Counted from the stretch's first letter, positions 50,110 to 60,207 are shown. The stretch is DNA of 64,000 nt from an uncultured Gammaproteobacteria bacterium (GCA_964518565.1 CAZFGX010000001.1:905553-969552); one strand, 5' to 3'. A program made the numbers and translations. The notes: generated by a model from the letters alone, not told the origin.

Positions 50110-50842
50110 CTGTCCCCACAAGCAAAATATTACGGTAATGTTTTTTTAAAATTTTTGAGATTGAATTAAATTTATCACGATCAAGTGATTCAAAAAACAA
50201 ATATTTAGGCTTGTATTTAGAAAAGTCTAAGCCTATTAAGGCCTCAAGCTCATAACCTTCCAAATCAAGAGAGAGAAAATCTATTTGCCTAATTTTGCAC
50301 TGATCAAATAACTTAGTAAGAGTAATAGTAGGTACAGTATAAGAATATTTACGAACAAACGGGGACCCAGAATTCCAAAATGAAATATGATTTTTTATTT
50401 GAGCATCCGACATAGAATTTCTAACAACAGAAGACAAGCCTGAATAAAGTATTTCAATAAAAGAATTTTTGAAATACTTCGAAACCAAGGCAAATTGAAA
50501 AACCAAAGACCGGTTTCTATTCATTTTACATAACAATGCTTCTTTAGTATTTGGCTCAATTAATATTCCCCGCCACCCCAGTGCTTTTTCTAAAAAATAT
50601 GTATTACTTAAAAAAACCCCATTTGCAGCACCAGCTTCCACAAAAAAACCATCCCTAAAATTTAAGAATTTATTGAAAACGAGTTGAAAATCTTTTTCTT
50701 CGGTATGAGAAAAATAATAAATTCCAAATCGTTCAAAAAATGGCCGAAAGATAGTTACCTTTATCCAATAAATTCTATGAGGAATAAAATTCAATAGTAT
50801 TCGAAAAAAAATCTTCACGTTAATCAAAGCATAAATAATCAA
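50090..50842 (-). CDS. FkbM-family methyltransferase (start uncertain)
   Basis: FVEAGAANG, GILIEP, IDFLSLDLEGYE. Confidence 0.88.
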   Translation of the reverse strand: MIIYALINVKIFFRILLNFIPHRIYWIKVTIFRPFFERFGIYYFSHTEEKDFQLVFNKFLNFRDGFFVEAGAANGVFLSNTYFLEKALGWRGILIEPNTKEALLCKMNRNRSLVFQFALVSKYFKNSFIEILYSGLSSVVRNSMSDAQIKNHISFWNSGSPFVRKYSYTVPTITLTKLFDQCKIRQIDFLSLDLEGYELEALIGLDFSKYKPKYLFFESLDRDKFNSISKILKKHYRNILLVGTVNYFCY

Positions 50843-51554
50843 TGGAATTAATTTTTTGAATGGTTGAATAGTATCTTTTTAATAATGTGGCGACTTGTAC
50901 AAATTTATCTTTTGTTTGCGCCTCAAAAAGTAAAAATCTTGGTTTATATCTCGAAAAGTCTAAACCGGTCAACGCTTCATATTCGTAGCCTTCAACATCT
51001 AATGACAAAAAATCAATTTTTGAAATTCCACTTTGACGAATAATGTCATTCAAAGTCATCGCAGGCACAGTTCGCTCACCACGAACAGTCCATGGAGAAA
51101 CAGACCTAATTTTTTCAATATGAACCTTTTTCGATACATCATCCATCGCTCCACTAACCACACTCCCCAATCCCGCTTGAGAAATAGAAATAGAGGATCT
51201 TCGAAAATTTTTACCAACTAAAGCGCATGAAAAAACTGTCGAGCGCTTTCTATTTTTATTACACAAAGCAGCGTATTCAGGAATAGGTTCAACCAAAACA
51301 CCATGCCAATGACGAAATTTTTCCAGAAAATATGTATTACTAAATAAAACACCATCCCATGCCCCTGCTTCAAGGAAAACACCATTTTCAAAATTAAAAT
51401 GTTCATCAATTAATTTATCCAAACCCATTATTTCCATCCTTGAAAACCAAGTTAATCCAAACATTTCCGCAAAAGGTCTCAAAAACGCAGCCTTTATTCT
51501 ATAGTAAACATTAAACAAAACGGTAGAAAAGCGACCAGTTTTATTTATAGCCAT
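50820..51554 (-). CDS. FkbM-family methyltransferase
   Basis: FLEAGAWDG, GVLVEP, IDFLSLDVEGYE. Confidence 0.9.
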   Translation of the reverse strand: MAINKTGRFSTVLFNVYYRIKAAFLRPFAEMFGLTWFSRMEIMGLDKLIDEHFNFENGVFLEAGAWDGVLFSNTYFLEKFRHWHGVLVEPIPEYAALCNKNRKRSTVFSCALVGKNFRRSSISISQAGLGSVVSGAMDDVSKKVHIEKIRSVSPWTVRGERTVPAMTLNDIIRQSGISKIDFLSLDVEGYEYEALTGLDFSRYKPRFLLFEAQTKDKFVQVATLLKRYYSTIQKINSIDYLCFD

Positions 51555-52953
51555 ACCACAAAAACAAATATTGCAAAATAAAAATATACATCAAAACAAA
51601 CAATAGAACCAAAATGAGATAATAAATTTTCATCCTTGAAGCCAAAATAGTAATTTTTGATTTTGCCGCAAATGGTGCAGCAGCTATTAACAACAAAGGT
51701 ACAAAATATTTACCTTGTACGCCATTTACCCACACGACATCTGCTGCGGTATTCGCTATAAATAAATACATATAAAGCAAGATAACCGACGAAACAACAC
51801 CAAAAACCAACAATCTTTTCTCTACTAAATAAAATGAAAATTTATCAACTACTCCATCCATCCACAATCCCAATACAGACATAAGTCCTAAAACAACAAC
51901 TCCCATTCCAAAATAAAAACGTACATCCAATCCTAGATAACCAAAAAATTCAGCCGGCAAAAAAGCAATAGTCATAGCAGATGTGTACAACGATGCTTTA
52001 ATAAAAATCAAAGGATGAAAAATTATTTGTTTTATTTGATACAACTGATCAAAACGGAAATCTGTGCCCTCTAGCAAATGCACATTTGATTCTTGAAAAA
52101 ACGTGTACTGATCCATCCGAGTGGCATTATTTACAGATGGATGAAACAAAAATACACTAGTCAAATAATAAAAAATTATTCCTAGAACCAAAATATTGAC
52201 TCCGATCAATAACTTTCTAAGCAAGAAAAATTTCTGAAAAAGTAAAAAGCTAAATACAAAAAAAATAGGGTAATAAAACGGTTTCAAAATAACTGCCGCT
52301 ATACCAGGCAAACAACACATCAACCACCATTTAGATATTGACCGAAAACGTATAAGTCTCAAAAAAACCGCAAACAATAAAAAAAGTCCCGGAGTTGAAA
52401 GTGAGTCATAACTAATAGTTGCAAAATGTAGTAAAACTACCGGCAATAAACCAAGCGCAAAAAATAGTCGTTTAAAATCAGGCGTAATACGAATCGCAGC
52501 AGCAACCAACAATAGACCAAATACTGAATTAAACACTCTTCCAAAATACAATTCATGAATTGGCGATAAACTAAAAAAATGAGCCAAAAAAATTCCAACT
52601 GCTGCTGCAGTATGACCATACAAAGGCGCTCCACAGACTAATGTCCTGACTGATTGATATGAAGAATCAGGCAGAGACTGGTATGAAAAAACTCGAGTCC
52701 AGTCAAATCCAGGCGGTGGAACAACCATAGATTTATCCAGTCCCATTTGCTCAATCAAATGTAATCGATTTTTTGAAATCAGATGCTGACCATCGTTACA
52801 AAAAACATGACCTTCTACCAATGCACTTGCAGCCAAATAATGTCTTTGCTCGTCAGGAATACGAAACGGAGGAATAAATATAGCAAAAAACACACAAGCC
52901 AAACCACCAAACACCAAATAAATGACAGGCAATTTTTTTTCAAAAACTCTCAT
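51541..52953 (-). CDS. DUF2142-like polytopic membrane protein (GT-C-like)
   Basis: PPFRIPDEQRH, ISYD, GVQGKYFVP. Confidence 0.8.
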   Translation of the reverse strand: MRVFEKKLPVIYLVFGGLACVFFAIFIPPFRIPDEQRHYLAASALVEGHVFCNDGQHLISKNRLHLIEQMGLDKSMVVPPPGFDWTRVFSYQSLPDSSYQSVRTLVCGAPLYGHTAAAVGIFLAHFFSLSPIHELYFGRVFNSVFGLLLVAAAIRITPDFKRLFFALGLLPVVLLHFATISYDSLSTPGLFLLFAVFLRLIRFRSISKWWLMCCLPGIAAVILKPFYYPIFFVFSFLLFQKFFLLRKLLIGVNILVLGIIFYYLTSVFLFHPSVNNATRMDQYTFFQESNVHLLEGTDFRFDQLYQIKQIIFHPLIFIKASLYTSAMTIAFLPAEFFGYLGLDVRFYFGMGVVVLGLMSVLGLWMDGVVDKFSFYLVEKRLLVFGVVSSVILLYMYLFIANTAADVVWVNGVQGKYFVPLLLIAAAPFAAKSKITILASRMKIYYLILVLLFVLMYIFILQYLFLWYGYK

Positions 52954-54416
52954 TTTGACGGCGCAGCATAAATAATAGCCGTTTTATCCTCGTAGACATT
53001 GTGCCACCCTGCCTCCTCAAGTGTATGTAAAAACTGCACCGGTTCCTTATAATTCAAAAATTGTAGAACCATATTTGGCACAGGAAAGTTTAACAAGCTC
53101 GAAGTCTTTACTCCAGGTTTAGGCCACAACACTCTCTGTATTTTATATTTTTCAAAATATGGTTGAAAATTTCCTTTTTCCGAAATATCTATGATATCTG
53201 CAAATGCCGATAGACTCTCCTCTTCTGGAGCCATATCTCTTTTCCAAATAGCCATTCGTCCATCAATAAATACTTTTTTCTCTGGATATTGCCAGATCAA
53301 ATACCCTCCCCATCCATATTCAGCCAACAAATTACCTTCAAATGGATGCTCCTTCAAATACTCAATCGCTCCAATAGGATAATATCGACTTCTATTCGGA
53401 TCGGCCAATTGACTCACTAGTTGCCAACCACACACCCACACAAAAAATAACCCAGCAATCCCCAGCAACACTCCAAAAAATATTTTTGCCCGCGCCAAAT
53501 TACCCGCCACCAACCGTTCAAACTCAGCAAACACTTTGGGCCACAAAAACAAAAACAGCACCGCAAATAATGCTACATGACGAGTACTCAATATTGCTTC
53601 CAATATAATCGCTCCTATAAGCAACCCTGTCCAAGACGAAAATCTGGATCGAAAATACCAGTATCCAAATCCCAAAAGTACTGCTGCAAAAATAAACGCG
53701 GGTTCGAAATTAAACACTGAAGGCATCCACTCGATAATGTAAGTGCGCATTTGGTTCCCCCACAAAGTCATACCCACTTCCCGCCACAATTCAAATCCAT
53801 AGGGAGTTAACAACGTCACAACCAAACCAGTTACCCAGGCTAATAAATCTTTCCACAAAATCCTTTTTTTCATCCAAGATTCCACCACTGCCGTCATCGC
53901 CCACACCGCCAATCCCACAATAAACCCTCCGTGTAAATTTGCCCAAAACCAAATACACGTAACCAATGCAAGATATCTCAACCTTGAGGTCCAATGTAAC
54001 ACCCGAAGAAAAATTGCAAACAACAACCAATCTACTACCTGTGTTCGTACAGAAAATCTCAACAAAAACATTGGCGCAGCCAACAACAAACCCAATACCG
54101 ATCGCAAAGAATATTCGGGGTAAACAGCCACCAAAACGGTCAAAACCACAATTGCTGCATATAATCCAGCCAAAACCGTCATTCCCAATTTCGGATAAAC
54201 TATTGCCCAAATCACATCTGACAACCAAGCATGATCCACATAGGGATAACTTGGCATGGTGTAGGAAAATGGGTCTGTTTTTGGAATCTGTCGATGTTGC
54301 ACAACATAATTTCCCGTCATCAAATGCCAACCAAAATCTGGATCCAGTCGCACTGCCGCCTGAACAGAAAATATTCCAAAAATTATTATCAATAAAAGCC
54401 ACCACATCCATTTCAT
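52950..54416 (-). CDS. GT-C-like membrane protein
   Basis: LDPDFGWHL..G, DPFSYT, WANLHG, GGYLIW, FIDGR. Confidence 0.8.
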   Translation of the reverse strand: MKWMWWLLLIIIFGIFSVQAAVRLDPDFGWHLMTGNYVVQHRQIPKTDPFSYTMPSYPYVDHAWLSDVIWAIVYPKLGMTVLAGLYAAIVVLTVLVAVYPEYSLRSVLGLLLAAPMFLLRFSVRTQVVDWLLFAIFLRVLHWTSRLRYLALVTCIWFWANLHGGFIVGLAVWAMTAVVESWMKKRILWKDLLAWVTGLVVTLLTPYGFELWREVGMTLWGNQMRTYIIEWMPSVFNFEPAFIFAAVLLGFGYWYFRSRFSSWTGLLIGAIILEAILSTRHVALFAVLFLFLWPKVFAEFERLVAGNLARAKIFFGVLLGIAGLFFVWVCGWQLVSQLADPNRSRYYPIGAIEYLKEHPFEGNLLAEYGWGGYLIWQYPEKKVFIDGRMAIWKRDMAPEEESLSAFADIIDISEKGNFQPYFEKYKIQRVLWPKPGVKTSSLLNFPVPNMVLQFLNYKEPVQFLHTLEEAGWHNVYEDKTAIIYAAPSK

Positions 54417-54435
54417 AAGTAAAACTAAGTATACG

Positions 54436-55911
54436 TTACTCTCGAACAAAAATTTGTGCTTCACTATCTTTATATTCCTCGATCCAACCGTTTTGTAACA
54501 AATAACTCGAGAATTGTTCTATATCTGCAGCTGGATAAACACCTATTCGTTTCCAAAATCTATCTTTCCAAGACTCCTCTGAAACCACTGGCCAAAGAAC
54601 TCGTCGTATATTAAATTTATCAAACAATTGACGAGAGTTTCCATTTCGAATCGATAAATAATCCCACATAGCATACTGACTCTCCGCTGCATTAGCCCGC
54701 CATTGACTCCAGGAACCTTCTCTCCAAGACGGCATTCTTCCATCAATAAACATTTTTCTCTCGGGGTATTGCCAGATCAAATATCCTCCCCATTGATAAG
54801 CCGCAAACAAGTTTCCTTGAATATTTTGGTTTTTTAAAAAATTCACAGCCTCAACTGGATACCCAAAAAATCTTCCTTGACCAATAGTCTGAATAAAATT
54901 CCAGCTCGCCTGTAAATCAATAACCAAAGCGACCCCTACTAAAATGCCTCCAAACACATTCATTCTATGTTTCGCTACTGAGTTATTGTTCATCTCATCG
55001 GCAAAATGTTTTAAAATTGACCCAGAAACCCATATAGCAACGAGCACAAAAAATGCCGCATGTCGCACACTCAAACAGCTCATTATTAATGTAACCAAAA
55101 ACAAACCTAATTGCTCCGCAGACAATCGACGCTTCCATATCCACACCAAGGCGGCAGAAAATGCAAGAATCATCATAGTACCAAACTCTAAATATTTATA
55201 TATCGGTTGCCATTCTTGAATAAATTTCGGCAAATTTTTATCACTCATTTGCATCCATACCTCCGTCCAAATCCGATAACCATACGGAGTAATAAATGTC
55301 GCCAAAACAACAAAAATACCAATCAATAGATCAATAAATACAATTCGTTTTTGTCGAAAAAATTTCACCAAACTAAAAAATCCCACCACTCCTACTCCCC
55401 AAACCACGCTTCCATGCATATTAGACCAAAACAAAAACAATATTGGTAAACTCCATCGCCATTTGCGCCAATTCGCGTCAGCAAAAATCTTCAAAACCAA
55501 AGCAAAAAATACCCAGCTCAAAACCTGGGGCCGTATTCCTGCACGATTCCACAAAACAGAGACTCCTAAAAATACAGGGATGACAAAAAATTGCCAGTCA
55601 TGTCTATTAATCACCAAAAAGAGCGCCACTGTCGCAATCAGAGCAAATAATATTGCCAATCCACCAAAACCAATCGTATCGTATCCCACAGCCAAACCCA
55701 AATTCGTTAGCCATTCATGATCGACAAATGGAAAACTAGGCATTGTATAAGAAAACGGGTCAATCTTTGGCACTCGACCTTCTTGCAAAACATGCTTTCC
55801 CAGCTGGTAATGCCAACCAAAATCTGGATCCAATCGAAAAAATCCCGCCACCCAAAATACAGCTGCGATAAAAAAAATTCCCACCCAAAATCCCGCCAAT
55901 CGAAGATTCAT
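54436..55911 (-). CDS. GT-C-like membrane protein, tandem paralogue
   Basis: LDPDFGWH, DPFSYTMPS, RPQ, WSNMHG, GGYLIWQYPE, FIDGR. Confidence 0.8.
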   Translation of the reverse strand: MNLRLAGFWVGIFFIAAVFWVAGFFRLDPDFGWHYQLGKHVLQEGRVPKIDPFSYTMPSFPFVDHEWLTNLGLAVGYDTIGFGGLAILFALIATVALFLVINRHDWQFFVIPVFLGVSVLWNRAGIRPQVLSWVFFALVLKIFADANWRKWRWSLPILFLFWSNMHGSVVWGVGVVGFFSLVKFFRQKRIVFIDLLIGIFVVLATFITPYGYRIWTEVWMQMSDKNLPKFIQEWQPIYKYLEFGTMMILAFSAALVWIWKRRLSAEQLGLFLVTLIMSCLSVRHAAFFVLVAIWVSGSILKHFADEMNNNSVAKHRMNVFGGILVGVALVIDLQASWNFIQTIGQGRFFGYPVEAVNFLKNQNIQGNLFAAYQWGGYLIWQYPERKMFIDGRMPSWREGSWSQWRANAAESQYAMWDYLSIRNGNSRQLFDKFNIRRVLWPVVSEESWKDRFWKRIGVYPAADIEQFSSYLLQNGWIEEYKDSEAQIFVRE

Positions 55912-55932
55912 AGCTAAAGTATACGGGACAAA

Positions 55933-55980
55933 TGGTAAAATTAAGGCCTAAAACTAGGCTGTCGGAAGACACATTCACAA
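55933..55980 (+). promoter_or_regulatory. tRNA operon promoter and leader: extended -10, hairpin, boxA-like site
   Basis: TGGTAAAAT; GCCTA-AAAC-TAGGC; ACACATTCACAA just before the first tRNA. Confidence 0.5.
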
Positions 55981-55983
55981 TTT

Positions 55984-56055
55984 GCTCTCGTAGCTCAATG
56001 GATAGAGTAACAGTTTGCGGAACTGTTGATGCAGGTTCGATTCCTGCCGGGAGCA
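55984..56055 (+). tRNA. tRNA-Arg(GCG)
   Basis: GCTCTCG/CGGGAGC acceptor; ACAGT-TT-GCG-GA-ACTGT; D-loop GGATA (A20). Confidence 0.93.
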
Positions 56056-56065
56056 CCCAACCTTT

Positions 56066-56155
56066 GGAGAGGTGCAGGAGTGGTTGATCTGGCCGCTCTC
56101 GAAAAGCGGTAGGGCGGTAACGTCCTCGTGGGTTCAAATCCCACCCTCTCCGCCA
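56066..56155 (+). tRNA. tRNA-Ser(CGA)
   Basis: CCGCT-CT-CGA-AA-AGCGG, long variable arm, GCCA. Confidence 0.95.
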
Positions 56156-56163
56156 CGCCAAAT

Positions 56164-56235
56164 GCCCTCATAGCTCAACGGATAGAGTACCAGTTTCCGG
56201 AACTGATGATGATGGTTCAATTCCATCTGAGGGCA
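56164..56235 (+). tRNA. tRNA-Arg(CCG)
   Basis: GCCCTCA/TGAGGGC acceptor; CAGT-TT-CCG-GA-ACTG. Confidence 0.93.
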
Positions 56236-56763
56236 CTACTTCACCAATTTAGCTTCCGATAATGGAAACTTATCTCCCAACCACTTCCCCATTTTATCCA
56301 TATCCGTATCAGCTGGTCGTTCATGCAAAAGTAAAGTGTTCATGACTTTTTCGACCTGCATAGGCTTTGTCTCCCCGAGCGGTACAACAACCCGTCCCAC
56401 AATCTCAGCTGGTGTCTCCAAACACAACAATTCATGCTCCCATTTTGTCTCCATCCACCACCGAGTAAACACGTTCCATTCATACAATTTTCCCGCTATA
56501 CGCAATCCTCTACTCGTAATTTTATAGTCAATCAATTCCGCCGGCACCACAGACCAGGTGTAATACGCAAACACCAATGCTGCTACGACAGCGATGAGCA
56601 TCCATTCTCCTGCCGTAATTAAAATCACTCCCACCAAAAAAGCAATTACCAATGGCAAAGTCATAAACCCCTTACCTTTTTTTTGATACGGCCGCGCTGG
56701 CGCCCGCCATTCTAAATAAATTTGTTCTTGTATTGGAGTGTTTACCGAAGCACGATCTTCCAT
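56236..56763 (-). CDS. two-TM hypothetical protein
   Basis: LEWRAPARP, two TM helices, YKITSRG. Confidence 0.75.
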   Translation of the reverse strand: MEDRASVNTPIQEQIYLEWRAPARPYQKKGKGFMTLPLVIAFLVGVILITAGEWMLIAVVAALVFAYYTWSVVPAELIDYKITSRGLRIAGKLYEWNVFTRWWMETKWEHELLCLETPAEIVGRVVVPLGETKPMQVEKVMNTLLLHERPADTDMDKMGKWLGDKFPLSEAKLVK

Positions 56764-56776
56764 TGATTTAAATATA

Positions 56777-57679
56777 TCACACCGACTTCTCTAGTCGCTG
56801 CTGGACTTTCAGCTCACAAATCTGACTACAAGAGCTCAAGTGTTTTAGCTCACAATTCTCACACCCCACAAACAACTCATCACATCCAAACGCCGCACAA
56901 TCAACCAATCTCGTAACACTCTTTTTACAATATATACATGTAGATATCACGACTGGATTTACTTTATTTACCGCCACATGCAATCTCTTATCAAACACAA
57001 ACATCTCACCCTCAAAATATTTCCCCCCCGTCTTTTCCCCATATTGAAAAATCCCCCCATGTAGTTGACGGACCTTTTTAAATCCCCTCTCTTTCAAATA
57101 AGCCGATGCCTTCTCGCATCTGACCCCACCCGTACAGTATGTCACCACTTGCTTGTCTTTATATTTACCCAAACTATTCTCTACAAAAGCTGGAAAATCT
57201 CTAAAATTATCCAGTTTCGGTGTAATCGCATTCTTAAACTTTCCTACACTCATCTCATAATCATTTCTAGCGTCAACCAGCACCACATCTTCACCGTTCT
57301 CATATAGCTTCTCCAGTTCCTCTGGTTCAATATAATCAGCCCTGTTGGCAATATCTACATCGGTTCCTGTCTTTTTAACCCCCAACGTCACGATTTCGTC
57401 TCTCACCACGACTCTCAATTTTGGAAACACTTGTTCGCCGGCATAAGACACCTTCCATTCCATATCCGCAAACTCTATTCTCATATTCGTCTCCTCCATA
57501 TATACTTCTACATTTTTCTCCTCACCCGCCACCGTCCCATTCATCCCTTCAGTCGATACGATTATCCTGCCTTTCAAACCCAACCGTTCACACAGTCCTC
57601 TCTGCCATCCACGCACCTCTTCCGGATTTTCCAAAGAAATATATTTGTAATATAGCAAAATTTTAAATTGGTTTACCAT
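56777..57679 (-). CDS. trhO: rhodanese-domain tRNA U34 hydroxylase (UPF0176)
   Basis: LLYYKY, GRIIVSTEGMNGT, DARNDYE, YCTGGVRCEKAS, FVFDKR. Confidence 0.88.
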   Translation of the reverse strand: MVNQFKILLYYKYISLENPEEVRGWQRGLCERLGLKGRIIVSTEGMNGTVAGEEKNVEVYMEETNMRIEFADMEWKVSYAGEQVFPKLRVVVRDEIVTLGVKKTGTDVDIANRADYIEPEELEKLYENGEDVVLVDARNDYEMSVGKFKNAITPKLDNFRDFPAFVENSLGKYKDKQVVTYCTGGVRCEKASAYLKERGFKKVRQLHGGIFQYGEKTGGKYFEGEMFVFDKRLHVAVNKVNPVVISTCIYCKKSVTRLVDCAAFGCDELFVGCENCELKHLSSCSQICELKVQQRLEKSV

Positions 57680-57732
57680 AATTTCATATTTTATCAGCTT
57701 CAAGGTAAAATACTCCAAACCAGTCCATTTCA

Positions 57733-57819
57733 GGAGAGGTCGCATAGTGGCCTAGTGCGGAGGTCTTGAAAACCTCTGTGGCGGCAACGTCACCGTGGGT
57801 TCGAATCCCACCCTCTCCG
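57733..57819 (+). tRNA. tRNA-Ser(TGA)
   Basis: GAGGT-CT-TGA-AA-ACCTC, long variable arm, G73. Confidence 0.95.
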
Positions 57820-57839
57820 CAAAAAACCAAGCCACATCT

Positions 57840-57924
57840 GGAGGGGTCGCATAGTGGCCGAGTGCAGCGGTTTACTAAACCGCCATATCGCAAGATATCG
57901 CGAGTTCGAATCTCGCCCCCTCCG
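57840..57924 (+). tRNA. tRNA-Ser with anticodon ACT
   Basis: GGAGGGG/CCCCTCC + G73; GCGGT-TT-ACT-AA-ACCGC; variable arm ATATC-GCAA-GATAT. Confidence 0.9.
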
Positions 57925-58148
57925 CAGAAGGTCTTCGGTTGCTCCAAGACCCATCTACTATGCTCGATTAGCCCTATGTGGCTTGCTAAAAAGACGCTAA
58001 GAATCGCAAGTATCCCAAACATAGCCTGTAATGTATAAAATCGCCTAAATGGCCCTCAAGGTATTTGCGCTCGGTTCTAAGCTTTTGATGAAAAGAGCTG
58101 CTTTAGCCCTACGTTAGTGAAAAATCCTCGTTCTAATCTCGTTTTTCC

Positions 58149-58796
58149 TTACTTGAAGTTAAATGTGGGGAGTATTTGATCAGTAATTGCTTTATTTGCT
58201 GGAGTCGGAGGAAGAGTTGAGACAGAAAACAGCTTATTGCCTTTTAAAACGATAGTTATATATCGTGTTTTTGGTCCTAGAATAAGACCTTCAATTCCTT
58301 TATAGCCATCAATCGTAGTTTCTTTAATGCTCGCTGGATCCATTTCTGTTTTTGTTCGTTCTAAATCTTGTTCAGTCGCATCTTTATATTGTTCATATAA
58401 ACCATACATTTGATACTCAGGATTATTCTCTGTGCCTTTGGTTAGAAAGAACCCAGCAGTTCGGATGCTTCCTGCGTTATCAGCAATTTCTTTACGGTAA
58501 ACGAGATCTTTGGGATGTTGAAGGGACAATCCGATTTCATCTATCATTTCTGATTGCAGATCGGGGCTGGTAGGTACTTGCTTAGTAAAGTTCCTGCCGT
58601 CAGGAGTTTTACATTGCTCAGGATAGCTCTCCATGATGGGGTATCCCGCTTGAGCACATTCCTCAAAAGTACTAATACTCTGTACTTTTGAAATTTTCTG
58701 ATATTTCCACACAACAACACTAGCGATAAGGAGAACGACGAAAACTGCGATGAGTTTGATATTTTTATTCATCATCATACGTATGTATTGTATCAA
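58149..58796 (-). CDS. exported hypothetical protein (start uncertain)
   Basis: TM anchor; ISTFEECAQAGYPIMESYPEQCKTPDGRNF. Confidence 0.75.
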   Translation of the reverse strand: MIQYIRMMMNKNIKLIAVFVVLLIASVVVWKYQKISKVQSISTFEECAQAGYPIMESYPEQCKTPDGRNFTKQVPTSPDLQSEMIDEIGLSLQHPKDLVYRKEIADNAGSIRTAGFFLTKGTENNPEYQMYGLYEQYKDATEQDLERTKTEMDPASIKETTIDGYKGIEGLILGPKTRYITIVLKGNKLFSVSTLPPTPANKAITDQILPTFNFK

Positions 58797-58802
58797 TTTT
58801 TG

Positions 58803-60116
58803 TCAGATAAGGCTAAGCTGTCTGTCTCTCAGGCTGAATTTCGAATTTACACCTTTGAGGATTTTGAGTCTTTCCTCTGGAGTTCCAAATTGAAGAACGT
58901 GGAGTAAATATTCTTTGAGCATTTCGGTATGTGTTTCGCTATATTCTCTCGGACTCTGGTCGCCTGTGTTATGAGGAGTGATTTCTACTCTGGGTATATA
59001 GTCACTAATCACGTTTGCTTTGAAATGTTGCAGTCTTTTTACTTCTACTTCAAACTCTTGCATCAGATATGAGGTGTTTAGTTTGATTTTTGGTAGATAA
59101 CCGATTAGTTGTTTGATCAACTCTTGCTCTGTAATGTATGGCTCGGGGCAATCATATTTCTTGATGCGATTACAGTGATAATAAATGTGCGAATTTACTA
59201 TGTTTGCTTTCGTTCTTCGGTATTTTAGTTCAGCGGTTACACTTCCACCGCACGACCCGCAGATACAAATTTTCTTGAACGGAAACAGTTGTTTATTCCA
59301 TTGTCTCGGTGCAACTTGAAGTTGAATTTGCACCCTTTCAAATAACGCTTTTGTGATGAGTGGTTCATAGGTTCCTTTGTACCAGATATTTCCGTACTGA
59401 AACTCGCCGTAGTAAAAAGCGTTTTGGAGAGCAACGTAGATTTTACTCAGAGGCATTTTGCATCCACTCTTTGTGGTAAATCCTATGTCATCCAACCATT
59501 TCTTGACCATCCGTCCTGAGAATCCTTGATCGGCAACCTTATGAAATATTTGTTTGATAACTGGTGCTCGTTCAGGATCGAGTTCCACCGTTGATATCCG
59601 GTTTACTTTTAGGACATTTCTATACCCAATTGGTGCAACTCCAGGTCTGATTCCAATCTGACATTTATTGCGTAACCCTCGTTTAACATTCACACCTCGA
59701 TTATCATTCTCCAGCTTTGCTTGTGAGCAGAGAATCATCAGTAAGAATTTCTCGTTGGGATTATCGGTAAACGATTGAGAGTAGGTTTTGATATGGGTCA
59801 GTTTTCCTTGATCCATTAAATCAACAATTCGTCCTAAATCTCCAGCATTTCGAGATAACCGATCAGGAGCCCATGTGAGAATACTGTTGTATCGTCCTTC
59901 AGTTACTCCAAGCAGAAGATTGTTAAACTCTGGTCGTTGGCCCGATTCTTTGGCTGAGTGGCTTTCTGTAATTGTCTCAGTAATATCAAGTTTTTCTCGC
60001 TTTGCAAGAAGTTGCATTTCTTTAAGTTGACCGTCAATCGACATTGCTTGCCGTTCATCCGATTCGCTTGATTTACGGGCGTATAAGCAGTATTTCAGCC
60101 TGGTAGCATCTTTCAT
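58803..60116 (-). CDS. large serine recombinase (resolvase + recombinase + Zn ribbon)
   Basis: YARKSSE catalytic Ser, SAK..GQRPEF, DRLSRN, APIGY, CGSCG..YYHC..C. Confidence 0.92.
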   Translation of the reverse strand: MKDATRLKYCLYARKSSESDERQAMSIDGQLKEMQLLAKREKLDITETITESHSAKESGQRPEFNNLLLGVTEGRYNSILTWAPDRLSRNAGDLGRIVDLMDQGKLTHIKTYSQSFTDNPNEKFLLMILCSQAKLENDNRGVNVKRGLRNKCQIGIRPGVAPIGYRNVLKVNRISTVELDPERAPVIKQIFHKVADQGFSGRMVKKWLDDIGFTTKSGCKMPLSKIYVALQNAFYYGEFQYGNIWYKGTYEPLITKALFERVQIQLQVAPRQWNKQLFPFKKICICGSCGGSVTAELKYRRTKANIVNSHIYYHCNRIKKYDCPEPYITEQELIKQLIGYLPKIKLNTSYLMQEFEVEVKRLQHFKANVISDYIPRVEITPHNTGDQSPREYSETHTEMLKEYLLHVLQFGTPEERLKILKGVNSKFSLRDRQLSLI

Positions 60117-60207
60117 CAGGTACAAGGTACCGCAAAGGTTCTGGAAGTCTAGTCGGGGAATACTATAACCCCGCGATGAAAACCTCCAACCTTTAAGGAC
60201 TCTCTTT

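Noticed and set aside
55760-58038. ORFs 55760..56161, 57684..58022 and 57766..58038
   Set aside because: These are shadows of tRNA genes.
60159-60168. AATACTATAA identical to 5471-5480
   Set aside because: A short AT-rich match lacking the GT-N7-AC partner half-site; likely chance.
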